From: Thermoplasmata archaeon
GTDB lineage: Archaea; Thermoplasmatota; Thermoplasmata; Lutacidiplasmatales; UBA184
Length of the DNA: 64,000 nt
Reading direction: 5' to 3'
Assembly (NCBI GenBank): GCA_028864975.1
Contig: JAGWLG010000001.1
Span: forward strand, 96,001-160,000
This document shows, piece after piece, positions 8,506 to 17,471 of this stretch. The notes beneath the pieces are model-generated. The model was not told where the DNA came from. It did not search any database and saw nothing but the letters and a program-made list of their open reading frames with translations. The position numbers and the translations under genes were made by a program. Within the stretch, counting starts at the first letter, position 1. Each line of letters opens with the position of its first letter.

Positions 8506-9705
8506 ATGGTCCCCCCCGCTCGCACGGACCGACCCCGCCTCACGGTGGTCCGAGGCACCCAGGTCGCGAACCTCTCCGAGCTGCAGATCTACGCCCATCT
8601 CAAGGACCACGGCTTCGACCCCGAACTGCTGGGGGCCCGGAGGACCAACTACAAGGATAGTGACGTTCCGATGCCGGTTCGTCGGCTCGCCACGCCGCCC
8701 ATCGCTGGACGGATCAGCCGGACGGCCGCCGGCGGGTACCTGATCGGCCAGGTCTCCCCCTACCGCTACTTCCACGAGTACCTGGTCGGGTTCGACCGTG
8801 CAGTGCAGGATTCCGACATCCTCTTCCCCGTCGACTTCGGGCACCCGACGAGCTTCCAGTGCCTGAAGCACCGCCCTCGGGCGAAGGTCGTCGTCCAGGT
8901 CTGGGAGAACATCCCGTTCAACTGGCCGGAGGACCGGCCGCTCTCCCAGCACTACCGGGCCGTGTTGGAGAAGGCCGACTTCTTCGTGCCCTTCACGCGC
9001 AGCGCAGACCGCGCCCTCCGACGCATGGGGGTCGCCTCGGAGCGCCGCTCGCTGGTCTACTGTGGTGTCGACACGTCCGCCTTCCGCCCGCCCTCCAGCC
9101 AAGAGCGCGCGTCGGCACGGGCCCACCTCGGCGTCGGGGCGAACGACGTGGTGGTGACGTTCGTGGGTCGCCTGGGCTTCTTCAAGGGCATCTACACGCT
9201 GCTGGAGTCGCTCACGGAGGTGGACCGTCGGGTCCGTCTCCAGCTGGTGGGCGCGGGAGAAGAGCGGAAGGCCTCACGCCGAGCCAGGGACCTGGGCGTT
9301 GCCGACCGGGTCAAGTTCTGGGGGTGGGTGCCCCACGCGGAGCTCGGTCCCAAGATCCTCTGGGGGAGCGACCTCGTCGTGGCCCCCTCCGTCCCGACCG
9401 AGCAATGGCGGGAACAGTTCGACCAGTTCGTCGTGGAGAGCATGGCGGCAGCCCTCCCTGCCGTGGGGTCGAGGACCGGCGGGCTTCCCGAAGTCATCGA
9501 CCAGGGACGGACGGGCCTCCTCGTGACCCCGGATGATCCCGAGGAGCTCGCTCAGGGGTTGAACGTTCTGGCCACGGACGCGGCGCTTCGCTCGAAGATG
9601 GGGGAAGCCGCTCGGAAGCGGGTCGAGTCCATGTTCGACGCGAGGAAGAACGCCGCGACCCTGGGTGAGGTCCTCCGCTCCAAGGTCTTGGGACTCCCCG
9701 ACTGA
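8506..9705 (+). CDS. GT4-family glycosyltransferase
   Basis: GAGGAGG upstream of ATG 8506 (8479 is an alternative start); FVGRLGFFKG and EQFDQFVVESMA motifs. Confidence 0.85.
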   Translation: MVPPARTDRPRLTVVRGTQVANLSELQIYAHLKDHGFDPELLGARRTNYKDSDVPMPVRRLATPPIAGRISRTAAGGYLIGQVSPYRYFHEYLVGFDRAVQDSDILFPVDFGHPTSFQCLKHRPRAKVVVQVWENIPFNWPEDRPLSQHYRAVLEKADFFVPFTRSADRALRRMGVASERRSLVYCGVDTSAFRPPSSQERASARAHLGVGANDVVVTFVGRLGFFKGIYTLLESLTEVDRRVRLQLVGAGEERKASRRARDLGVADRVKFWGWVPHAELGPKILWGSDLVVAPSVPTEQWREQFDQFVVESMAAALPAVGSRTGGLPEVIDQGRTGLLVTPDDPEELAQGLNVLATDAALRSKMGEAARKRVESMFDARKNAATLGEVLRSKVLGLPD

Positions 9706-9755
9706 GGCGAGAGCGCGCGTCGGGATCACGCGGCGGCTCGCCCGTCGACCCCGTC

Positions 9756-10985
9756 CTACTTCCCCGGTCCGTCGAGGACCCGATGGTAGGCGTCGAGCAG
9801 CCCCCGAACGTGGGCCGCGGGTCGGAAGAGCGCGACGTAGCGTTCCCGCCCCCGCCTCCCCCACTCCTCCATCCGCTTTCGGTCCGCGAAGGACTCGACG
9901 ATCGCCTCCGACCAGGCCGCCACGTCGCCCGGCGGGAGCAACCGCCCCTGCTTCCCGTCTTCCAACCAGTCCGGGATGCCTCCCAGGTGGCTGCCCAGGG
10001 CGGGGCGACCGCGCACGAAGGCCTCGAGCCCGACCAGGCCAAAGTTCTCGTAGCCATCCGAGGGGACCGCGAGCAGGTGGATCCTCCGGAAGAAGCGCTC
10101 CTTCTCTTCGCCGTTGACCCATCCAGGGAACTCCACGGCCTGGGCGGTCTCAGGCCCCAGAGCTCGGGCCCGGGCGCGAAGGGCGGGCTCGGCGGACCCT
10201 CTCCCGGCCAGGATGAGACGAAGCCCCGGGACCCGCGCACGAGCCTTGGCGAACGCCTCGAGCAGGGAGAAAGGGCCCTTGTACGTCTCCAGGCGCCCCA
10301 GGAAGCCGATCGTCGGCTCCCCGTTCGGGAGCGCGGGAGGCGCGGTCTCGACCGAGGAGGGTGCGTCGATGAACGGGGCAAGGACCTGCGTCGGACCAAA
10401 GCCGTGGCGCTCCAGGAACTGGGCGGCCGCCCGACTGGGGGCGATGAAGAGCTTCACCCGGGGAGCGACCCGCCGGCGGAAGACCCGGTCCTGAGCCAGC
10501 TTGTAGGGGATCCCCAGGCCGACGTGGCAGCCCGTGAACTGGCAACGGGGCAAGATCCTGCCTTCGCAGAGCCGCCCGTCGGGGAGGACCAGCGTCGCGA
10601 TAGGACAAACGAGCTTCGCGTCGTGGGCGGTCAGGACGGTCGGGACGGAGAGCTTGGAGAGGAGGCGGGCGAGCGGGACGAACCAGCTGTCGAAGTGGTG
10701 AACGTGGACGAGGTCGGGGTGGAACTCCTCGACCACACGGCGGAGCCGGAGCAGCCCGGGGGGCTCTGCCCCAAGGTCCTCGGCGAGGCGCCCGGGTCCC
10801 ATCCGAGCGAGCGGGAGAACCTCCTCCCACGGCTCCGGGCGGTACTCCGAGACCGAGGGGGCGTCCGTGATGCTGACGGTCTTCTGGGGGTGGCCCTCGG
10901 CCTCGAGCGCACGACCGACGGACCGCAGGTAGGACTCGGTCCCTCCCGGGGGCCCTGTCCAGTCGTTGATCCGCAGGACGCGCAT
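9756..10985 (-). CDS. GT4-family glycosyltransferase
   Basis: GGTESY, GFLGRLETYKG and YENFGLVGLEA motifs; HDAKLVCP Cys-rich insert. Confidence 0.9.
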   Translation of the reverse strand: MRVLRINDWTGPPGGTESYLRSVGRALEAEGHPQKTVSITDAPSVSEYRPEPWEEVLPLARMGPGRLAEDLGAEPPGLLRLRRVVEEFHPDLVHVHHFDSWFVPLARLLSKLSVPTVLTAHDAKLVCPIATLVLPDGRLCEGRILPRCQFTGCHVGLGIPYKLAQDRVFRRRVAPRVKLFIAPSRAAAQFLERHGFGPTQVLAPFIDAPSSVETAPPALPNGEPTIGFLGRLETYKGPFSLLEAFAKARARVPGLRLILAGRGSAEPALRARARALGPETAQAVEFPGWVNGEEKERFFRRIHLLAVPSDGYENFGLVGLEAFVRGRPALGSHLGGIPDWLEDGKQGRLLPPGDVAAWSEAIVESFADRKRMEEWGRRGRERYVALFRPAAHVRGLLDAYHRVLDGPGK

Positions 10986-11068
10986 GGTCCCCGAGGCCCT
11001 CTCTCGAGGATGGCCGCACCGCCTATATCATACGGGAGCTCGGGAGGGCGGAGCAGTGGGGTGCGAAG

Positions 11069-12469
11069 ATGCCGGCCGTGGTCGTGCTGGGGCTCGATTC
11101 GGTCCCGCCGGAGCTCCTCTTCCAGCGGTTCCTCCCTCACATGCCGAACGTCCGGGGATTGCTCGCGCGCGCGCTCTACGGGCCGCTGCGGACCTGCGAG
11201 CCCCCGATCACGGTACCGGCCTGGGCGGTCTTCTTCAGCGGGGTCGACCCCGGGACGCTCGGCGTGTATGGGTTCCGTCATCGGCGGGCCGGGACCTACT
11301 TCGACCAGTACACCCCCACCCCGTCAACGCTGCAGACCGCGCCCATCTGGGACCTGCTCTCTCGCAAGGGCCGACGTGTGGCGGTCCTCGGGATGCCCCC
11401 CGGGTACCCCCCTCCCGCCGTCAACGGGGTCTACGTCTCGGACTTCCTGACACCTGACAACGCCCCCGACAGCATCTACCCCTCCTCGCTGCGACCGGAG
11501 CTCGAGCGGGTCGCAGGCGGGCCCCTGGTCTTCGACGTCGAGTTCCGCCACGACGCTCGGGAGAAGCTCTTCGAGGAACTGCTCGCGATGACCCGTCAGC
11601 GGTGGGCGATCGCTCGGGAGGTCTACGCGCGCGGTCCGTGGGACCTCTTCGCGCTGCACGACATCGGCCCTGACCGCTTCCATCATGCCTTTTGGAAGTA
11701 CTTCGACCCGACGCACCCGCGCCACGACAAGGCTGGACCTTTCCTCGACATCGGGGAACGCTACTACGCGGAGCTCGACAAGGAGATCGGCGGGTTCCTT
11801 CGACAGGTTGGGCCCGAGAGCATCGTGCTCGTGGCGAGCGACCATGGCTCGAAGGCCATGGACGGATGCTTCTGCATCAATGAGTGGTTGATGCAGCAAG
11901 GGCTGCTTCGGCTCAAGGGGAATGCGCCACCCGCCGGTTCGCCCTTGGAAAAATGCGAGATCAACTGGAAGAAGACCTCGGTTTGGGGCGCGGGCGGATA
12001 CTACGCTCGCCTCTTCTTCAACGTCAAGGGTCGCGAGCCGGAGGGGTCCCTGAAGGGCTCGGAGGTGGCCAAGATGACGCAACGCCTTGAGCAAGAGCTC
12101 TCTCGAGTCAAGCGCCCGGATGGCCAACCCCTGGGAGTTCGTGTCGTCCGACCGGAGACCTCGTACCGCCAGGTCCGGGGAGACCCGCCCGACCTCATGG
12201 TCTACTTCGGCGACCTCGCATGGAGGTCCGCGGGGACCGTGGGCCACGGGAAGCTCTTCCTGGAGGAGAACGACACGGGGCCGGATGACGCGGTCCATGG
12301 CTGGGACGGTCTCTATGCCCTGGTCGATCCCCGAAGGAGCCCAGCTGCGGGTCAGGGAGGCGCCCGGGAGGACATTCTGAACGTCGCCCCGACCCTCCTC
12401 CGTCTCCTGGGGGAGACCCCGCCGAGCTATATGCAGGGTCAGCCCATCGCTCGCTGGATCCCCGAATGA
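11069..12469 (+). CDS. AlkP-superfamily phosphodiesterase/nucleotide pyrophosphatase (COG3379-like)
   Basis: VLGLD, PPITVPAW...GVDPG..G.YGF, ASDHG, terminal DAVHG motifs. Confidence 0.85.
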   Translation: MPAVVVLGLDSVPPELLFQRFLPHMPNVRGLLARALYGPLRTCEPPITVPAWAVFFSGVDPGTLGVYGFRHRRAGTYFDQYTPTPSTLQTAPIWDLLSRKGRRVAVLGMPPGYPPPAVNGVYVSDFLTPDNAPDSIYPSSLRPELERVAGGPLVFDVEFRHDAREKLFEELLAMTRQRWAIAREVYARGPWDLFALHDIGPDRFHHAFWKYFDPTHPRHDKAGPFLDIGERYYAELDKEIGGFLRQVGPESIVLVASDHGSKAMDGCFCINEWLMQQGLLRLKGNAPPAGSPLEKCEINWKKTSVWGAGGYYARLFFNVKGREPEGSLKGSEVAKMTQRLEQELSRVKRPDGQPLGVRVVRPETSYRQVRGDPPDLMVYFGDLAWRSAGTVGHGKLFLEENDTGPDDAVHGWDGLYALVDPRRSPAAGQGGAREDILNVAPTLLRLLGETPPSYMQGQPIARWIPE

Positions 12470-13077
12470 CGACGCCCCACCCGGCCCTGCAGCACGTCGC
12501 GAAGACCACTGGACCCCCTCCCATCCATCTCGCCAAGAAGCACGGTCGGCCCGGGTTCGTTCTGTGGATGGAGGGTCTCTCCGGCTCCGGGAAGTCGACC
12601 CTCTCGAAGACCCTCGCGGCCAAGCTCCACGCCGACGGTTGGAACGTCGAGATCCTGGACGGCGACGAGGTTCGTCAGGGCCTCTCACCCGACCTCGGAT
12701 TTTCCCGAAAGGACCGAGAGACCCATGCCCACCGTGTGAGCTACGTCGCTCGCGTGCTCTCGCGCAACGGGGTGGCGGTCCTCGTGGCCCTCATCACCCC
12801 CTACGAGAGCTCCCGCAAGGCCGCGCGGACCTCCGTCGGCGAGCGCTTCACCGAAGTGTACATCAAGGCCCCTCTGGACATCTGCCAGAAACGCGACGTC
12901 AAAGGACTTTACAAGAAGACCCAGTCAGGCCACGTGACCCAGATGACCGGGGTGGACGACCCGTTCGAGGAACCCGCGAACCCTGACCTCGTGGTCGATA
13001 CCTCGAGCGACTCCGTGGAGACCTGCGCAGGCGTGATCTTGGGCCACCTCAAGGCCAAAGGCTTCCTCCCGAATTAG
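12466..13077 (+). CDS. cysC: Adenylyl-sulfate (APS) kinase
   Basis: GLSGSGKST P-loop, LDGDEVR, RDVKGLY, TGVDDPFEEP. Confidence 0.95.
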   Translation: MTTPHPALQHVAKTTGPPPIHLAKKHGRPGFVLWMEGLSGSGKSTLSKTLAAKLHADGWNVEILDGDEVRQGLSPDLGFSRKDRETHAHRVSYVARVLSRNGVAVLVALITPYESSRKAARTSVGERFTEVYIKAPLDICQKRDVKGLYKKTQSGHVTQMTGVDDPFEEPANPDLVVDTSSDSVETCAGVILGHLKAKGFLPN

Positions 13078-13101
13078 GGCTCGCCGAGTCCCCTCCACGA
13101 G

Positions 13102-13190
13102 ACGGGCCTCTCGTCGATAGGCCGACCGGATCTCATCGGGCGAGGCCCGCGCGCGACCTCGACGATCCGGTAGAGATTCTGGCTCACCAT
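13102..13190 (-). pseudogene. Frameshifted, truncated J-domain (DnaJ N-terminus) remnant
   Basis: MVSQNLYRIVEVAR, then after a 1-nt shift ASPDEIRSAYRREAR; no HPD follows. Confidence 0.5.
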
Positions 13191-13271
13191 TCACCGAGGG
13201 GCGATGCCCTGTTGCCCGAGGGCCTACTTGGGGCATCTTGGTTCCGCCGCACTCGCCCCTGGATCGGAGGC

Positions 13272-13433
13272 CTAAGCGTACTTCCAGCGGAGGATCTCCA
13301 CGACGAAAGCGGCGATGAGCCCCATCGCCACCACGACCTCGGGGGGGATCTTGACCGACTTGGTCTCCTCCATGTCGTAGTACTGGATGAGACCGGCCGC
13401 GGATTGAAAACCGCGGTTCTTCTGCTCGGCCAT
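13272..13433 (-). CDS. secG: Preprotein translocase subunit Sec61-beta (53 aa; absent from the ORF track)
   Basis: Manual translation MAEQKNRGFQSAAGLIQYYDMEETKSVKIPPEVVVAMGLIAAFVVEILRWKYA; GFQSxAGLxxY plus C-terminal TM matches archaeal Sec61-beta. Confidence 0.9.
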   Translation of the reverse strand: MAEQKNRGFQSAAGLIQYYDMEETKSVKIPPEVVVAMGLIAAFVVEILRWKYA

Positions 13434-13487
13434 GCGCCGGGAAAGGGCCCCTCAGGGTAGAAAAGGGTGTCGTTCCCCCCTCGGCTC

Positions 13488-13841
13488 CTAAGGGGAGCGT
13501 CTCCGCCGAGCCACCCGTACCTGACGGAGTCGATGGACGGCGGGGGCTGCGCTCAAGAACGCGCGGAACTCCTGCAGGACCGCCACCACCCGGGGGTCCT
13601 TCTCCACCCGTGCCTGGTCCCGCAGGTAGGCCTTCGTCGAGGCGTATTCCACAACTTCGTGGAAGAGCCCCGGTTCGTCCAAGCTTTCGAAGAGGCGCAT
13701 CGTGACCCCCCGAGGCTCTTCGTAGACGTCGAAGGCCCTGCGGAGGAACAAGAGGAACGACCGTCGCCTTCGGGCGGGGACCCGGTAGGTCAGAGTGACC
13801 GAGGCCGCCGGGCTCAGGGCCCTTCGATGCGCTAGCGCCAT
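13488..13841 (-). CDS. Small protein, possible dimeric alpha-beta barrel (ABM/NIPSNAP-like)
   Basis: ATG at 13841, 2 nt after the argH stop; VTLTYRVP...RLFESLDEPGLFHEVVEY pattern. Confidence 0.55.
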   Translation of the reverse strand: MALAHRRALSPAASVTLTYRVPARRRRSFLLFLRRAFDVYEEPRGVTMRLFESLDEPGLFHEVVEYASTKAYLRDQARVEKDPRVVAVLQEFRAFLSAAPAVHRLRQVRVARRRRSP

Positions 13842-13843
13842 CT

Positions 13844-15343
13844 TCAGCGACCGGTGCGCAGCCGCGGGGAAGCCACGCCCACGACCGGGTCCGTCTCCAG
13901 CCGTCGCTCGAGGTCGTGGATAGCCTCCGTTTCCATACGGAGCGCAGATCGATGGCGAAGCAAGGCTCGCTCGAGCAGTAGACGGTCGTGAGCAACCTCG
14001 CCCCAGGCGCTCCCCCCGAAGGTCCTCCTCCGCTCGGGCTCCTGGTGCGGCGCGGGGGGGATCCAAGCGCTCGCCTTGAGCTCGGGGAAGCTGCGGTACC
14101 ATTCGTCCATCGTGAGCTCGCCCCAAGAGCGGTGGGCATGCTCGAGGTCCACGAGGAACCGTGCGACGCGCCGGTGCGCCTCCCGGAACGGGACCCCGTT
14201 CCGCGTGAGCTCGTCCGCGAGCTCGACGCTCGCCGTCGGGGAGGCCACACCGTGCGGTGAGGGGGAGGTGTGGAAGCGAGCGGTCCGGGCCATGGGGGCG
14301 AGGACCCGCAGGGAGCGCTCGGCCCTTCGAACGCCCTCGAACAAGAGGGGCTTCAGCGTCTGGAGGTCTCGGTTGTACGAGAGGGGTAGCCCCTTGAGGG
14401 TGATGAGGTGGGCCGCGCCGAGCCCGATGAGCGGGCCGGCCTCGCCGCGGAGCAGCTCGGCCATGTCCGGGTTCCTCTTGTGCGGCATCAGGCTGGACGT
14501 GGTGACGAAGGCATCGTCCAGGTGGATCCTCGCGACCTGGGGCGTCGACCAGAGGACCCACTCCTCGGCGAGCGAGGACAGGTGGACCCCCAGGATCGCG
14601 AGCGAACCCAAGGTCTCGCTCGCCGAGTCCCGGTCCGAAACGGCGTCCATGGCGTTCGGATGGGGCTCGCGGAAGCCAAGGGACCGGGCGGTGAGGTGTC
14701 GGTCGAGCGGCAGCGAGCTTCCCGCGACGGCCCCTGCGCCCAGGGGGCTGTAGACCATCGACTCTCGGATCCGCTTCAGGCGCGTGGCGTCGCGGGAGAG
14801 CCTTCGCGCGTGGACCTGGAGGATCTGCGCCAGGTAGACCCGCTGGGCGTCCTGCAAGTGGGTCGTCGCCGGGACCACGTAGCGCCCCTGCGGCCCCGCC
14901 GCCTGGTCGAGGAGCGCCTGCGCCGTGTCCAGGATGAGCCCTTCGAGCCGAAGGAGGGCGTCCCGCAGGTAGAGGGCGAGGTCCGTCGCGACCTGGTCGT
15001 TACGGCTGCGTCCCGTCGGCAGCCGCGCGCCCACGTCCCCCAGACGGGCCGTGAGCGCGGATTCCACGTTCATGTGGACGTCCTCGAGCTCGGGGTCGAG
15101 CCGGAAGGTCCCTGCCTCCGCCTCTCGGCGGAGCCGGACCAGTTCCCGCACGAGCGCGCGGCCCGCCGGGAGGGGGATGAGCCCCTGCCGCGTCAGCATC
15201 CGGGCGTGCGCGAGGCTCCCCAGGAGGTCGAACGGGAGGAGGACCGTGTCCTCCTTCACCGAGGCGCCGAACTCGGCCGCCTCAGGGTGGGGTGGGTGGC
15301 GAAACCTTTCCCGAAGCAGGGAGGGCCTCGCGCTCCTCGGCAT
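13844..15343 (-). CDS. argH: Argininosuccinate lyase
   Basis: EDVHMNVE, GRSRNDQ, THLQDAQ, TSSLMPHKRNPD. Confidence 0.95.
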   Translation of the reverse strand: MPRSARPSLLRERFRHPPHPEAAEFGASVKEDTVLLPFDLLGSLAHARMLTRQGLIPLPAGRALVRELVRLRREAEAGTFRLDPELEDVHMNVESALTARLGDVGARLPTGRSRNDQVATDLALYLRDALLRLEGLILDTAQALLDQAAGPQGRYVVPATTHLQDAQRVYLAQILQVHARRLSRDATRLKRIRESMVYSPLGAGAVAGSSLPLDRHLTARSLGFREPHPNAMDAVSDRDSASETLGSLAILGVHLSSLAEEWVLWSTPQVARIHLDDAFVTTSSLMPHKRNPDMAELLRGEAGPLIGLGAAHLITLKGLPLSYNRDLQTLKPLLFEGVRRAERSLRVLAPMARTARFHTSPSPHGVASPTASVELADELTRNGVPFREAHRRVARFLVDLEHAHRSWGELTMDEWYRSFPELKASAWIPPAPHQEPERRRTFGGSAWGEVAHDRLLLERALLRHRSALRMETEAIHDLERRLETDPVVGVASPRLRTGR

Positions 15344-16553
15344 CCGTGAGGGCCTCCCTCCGACGCGCATAAGCCAAGCGGTTCGCGAGCCCGAAGAGGT
15401 GGATGAACCCCTCGGCCGCCTCCTGACGGAACGTGGAGGTCCGGTCGTACGTCGCGAGCTCGTGGCTGAGCAGCGAGAAGGGAGAGCGGCGTCCGACGAC
15501 CCGGGAGGTCCCCTGGAAGAGACGGAGCGTCACCTGCCCCGTGACCGTCTCCTGAGTGCTCGCAACGAAGGAGCTGAGGGACTCGCGGAGCGGACTGTAC
15601 CACATGCCCTCGTACACCGTGTCGGCGAACCGGCGGTCCACCAGGCCCTTGAAGGAAAGGAGGTCGCGCGGGAGGACGAGGGCCTCCAGCGCCTGGTGCG
15701 CCTGCACGAGCGCGATCGCAGCGGGGCACTCGTACGTCTCGCGCGACTTGATCCCGACGACCCGGTCCTCGACGTGGTCGATCCGACCGATGCCGTGGGC
15801 GCCCGCCTTCTGGTTCAGGGTCTGGATGAGGTCCACCGGCTCGAGCGACCGGCCGTTCAGGCTGATCGGGGCGCCGCGCGAGAACCCTACGACCACGTCC
15901 TCGGGGACCTTTGGCCACTTCTCGGGGTGGCTCGTCCACTGGAAGACCTCCTCCGGTGGGGCGGAGCCGGGGTCCTCAAGACGTCCGCCCTCGACCGAGC
16001 GTCCCCACAGGTTCTCGTCGACGGAGTAGGGCGACTCGGGCTTGACGTGGATCTTGAGCCCGTGCTCCCGCGCGTAGGCGATCTCGTCCTGGCGGTTCAT
16101 GTTCCACTCCCGGACGGGCGCGATGATCGACAGGTGGGGGGCGAGGGTCTGGACGCCCACGTCGAAGCGGACCTGGTCGTTCCCCTTCCCCGTGCACCCG
16201 TGCGCGACGGCGTCGGCGCCCAGCCGCAGGGCGGCGGAGACCAGATGGCGGACGATGAGCGGGCGGGCTAGGGAGGTGGAGAGCGGGTAGACCCCCTGGT
16301 AGAGGCAGTTCGCCTGGAGGGCGGGAAAGAGGAACTCCTCGGCGAAGGTCACCTTCGCATCCTCGAGAAAGGCCTCGCGGGCCCCGTTGATGGGCGCGCG
16401 CTCCACGGCGTCCTCAAGCTCCCCTTCCTGGCCCACGTCGACGGTGAGGGTGGTCACCTCGGCGCCGTAGTGTTCCTTGATCCAGGGGATGGCGACCGAC
16501 GTGTCGAGTCCTCCGGAGTAGGCGAGCACCACGTGTTTGAGCTTCCCGGCCAT
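15282..16553 (-). CDS. argG: Argininosuccinate synthase
   Basis: LAYSGGLDTS, HGCTGKGNDQVRF, SVDENLWGRS. Confidence 0.97.
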   Translation of the reverse strand: MAGKLKHVVLAYSGGLDTSVAIPWIKEHYGAEVTTLTVDVGQEGELEDAVERAPINGAREAFLEDAKVTFAEEFLFPALQANCLYQGVYPLSTSLARPLIVRHLVSAALRLGADAVAHGCTGKGNDQVRFDVGVQTLAPHLSIIAPVREWNMNRQDEIAYAREHGLKIHVKPESPYSVDENLWGRSVEGGRLEDPGSAPPEEVFQWTSHPEKWPKVPEDVVVGFSRGAPISLNGRSLEPVDLIQTLNQKAGAHGIGRIDHVEDRVVGIKSRETYECPAAIALVQAHQALEALVLPRDLLSFKGLVDRRFADTVYEGMWYSPLRESLSSFVASTQETVTGQVTLRLFQGTSRVVGRRSPFSLLSHELATYDRTSTFRQEAAEGFIHLFGLANRLAYARRREALTDAEEREALPASGKVSPPTPP

Positions 16554-16570
16554 GTTCTTCCTCTTGGGTT

Positions 16571-17446
16571 TCACACTGCTCCCGGTCCCGCAGGGATAGG
16601 GAGCAGAGGAAGGGAGGTCGCGGCCGATGAGCGGGGAGGGGCTTGACGCGGCTCGGGAACGACCCAGGTGCCGCCGCGAGGGGTCCCTTCCGAAGGGACG
16701 AGGTCCAGGGTACCGATCCAGACCCCCCGAGCCCCCTCGGACAGCATGCGAAGCGCCCCCTCTAGCTTGGGGATCATTCCACCGTGGACCGTCCCATTCT
16801 CGATGAGGGCTCTCGCCTTGGACGGCGTGAGCCGCTCGATCGGTGCTCCATCCGTGCCCCGGACCCCCGGGACGTCGGTTACAAGCAGGAGATCGCCCCC
16901 GACGGCCCCGGCGATCCCTGCCGCGAAGAGGTCGGCGTTGACATTGAGAACGCCCCCTTTCCCGTCGGAAGCGAGCGGGGCCAGGACCGGCACGGACCCC
17001 AATTGGAACAACGCGAGGAGCAGCGTGGGATCGACACGCGCGGGTTCGCCCACGGCACCTAGCCGCCCCTCCTGGACGTCACGGGCGAGCAGAAGGTCCG
17101 CCGAGACCCCCGAGAGCCCGACGGCCCGCAGGCCCGCCTCATTGAGCGCCGAGACCAGGCGGAGGTTCACCGTCCCCGCGAGCACCCCTTCGACGAGCGG
17201 GAGGACTTCCGGAGGCGTGACGCGCTGTCCATCGACCTTCTCGACGGGGAGGTGGAGACGGGCGGAGAGCTCCGAGACCTCCTCGCCTCCGCCATGGACC
17301 AGGACGAGCGGCCCGCTGCGCCGCGCCTCGGCGACGACCCAACGGACCAGCTGGTCGAGGGCCGGACCGGGGCGGACCTCCCGTCCTCCGACCTTGACCA
17401 CACGCGGGACCCCCGTCAGGGGTCCCACCGCCTTCGCGAGCCGCAT
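16571..17446 (-). CDS. argB: Acetylglutamate kinase
   Basis: VVKVGG, VHGGG, RVT, NVNAD, GGMIPKL. Confidence 0.93.
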   Translation of the reverse strand: MRLAKAVGPLTGVPRVVKVGGREVRPGPALDQLVRWVVAEARRSGPLVLVHGGGEEVSELSARLHLPVEKVDGQRVTPPEVLPLVEGVLAGTVNLRLVSALNEAGLRAVGLSGVSADLLLARDVQEGRLGAVGEPARVDPTLLLALFQLGSVPVLAPLASDGKGGVLNVNADLFAAGIAGAVGGDLLLVTDVPGVRGTDGAPIERLTPSKARALIENGTVHGGMIPKLEGALRMLSEGARGVWIGTLDLVPSEGTPRGGTWVVPEPRQAPPRSSAATSLPLLPIPAGPGAV

Positions 17447-17471
17447 CGCTCTCGTTCCCAAGTCCTCGCCC

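Noticed and set aside
13198-13259. Nested hairpin GATGCCC/GGGCATC with GGGGCGA/TCGCCCC downstream of sec61-beta
   Set aside because: The arms overlap and are GC-rich; no U-tract or known RNA signature; plausible by chance
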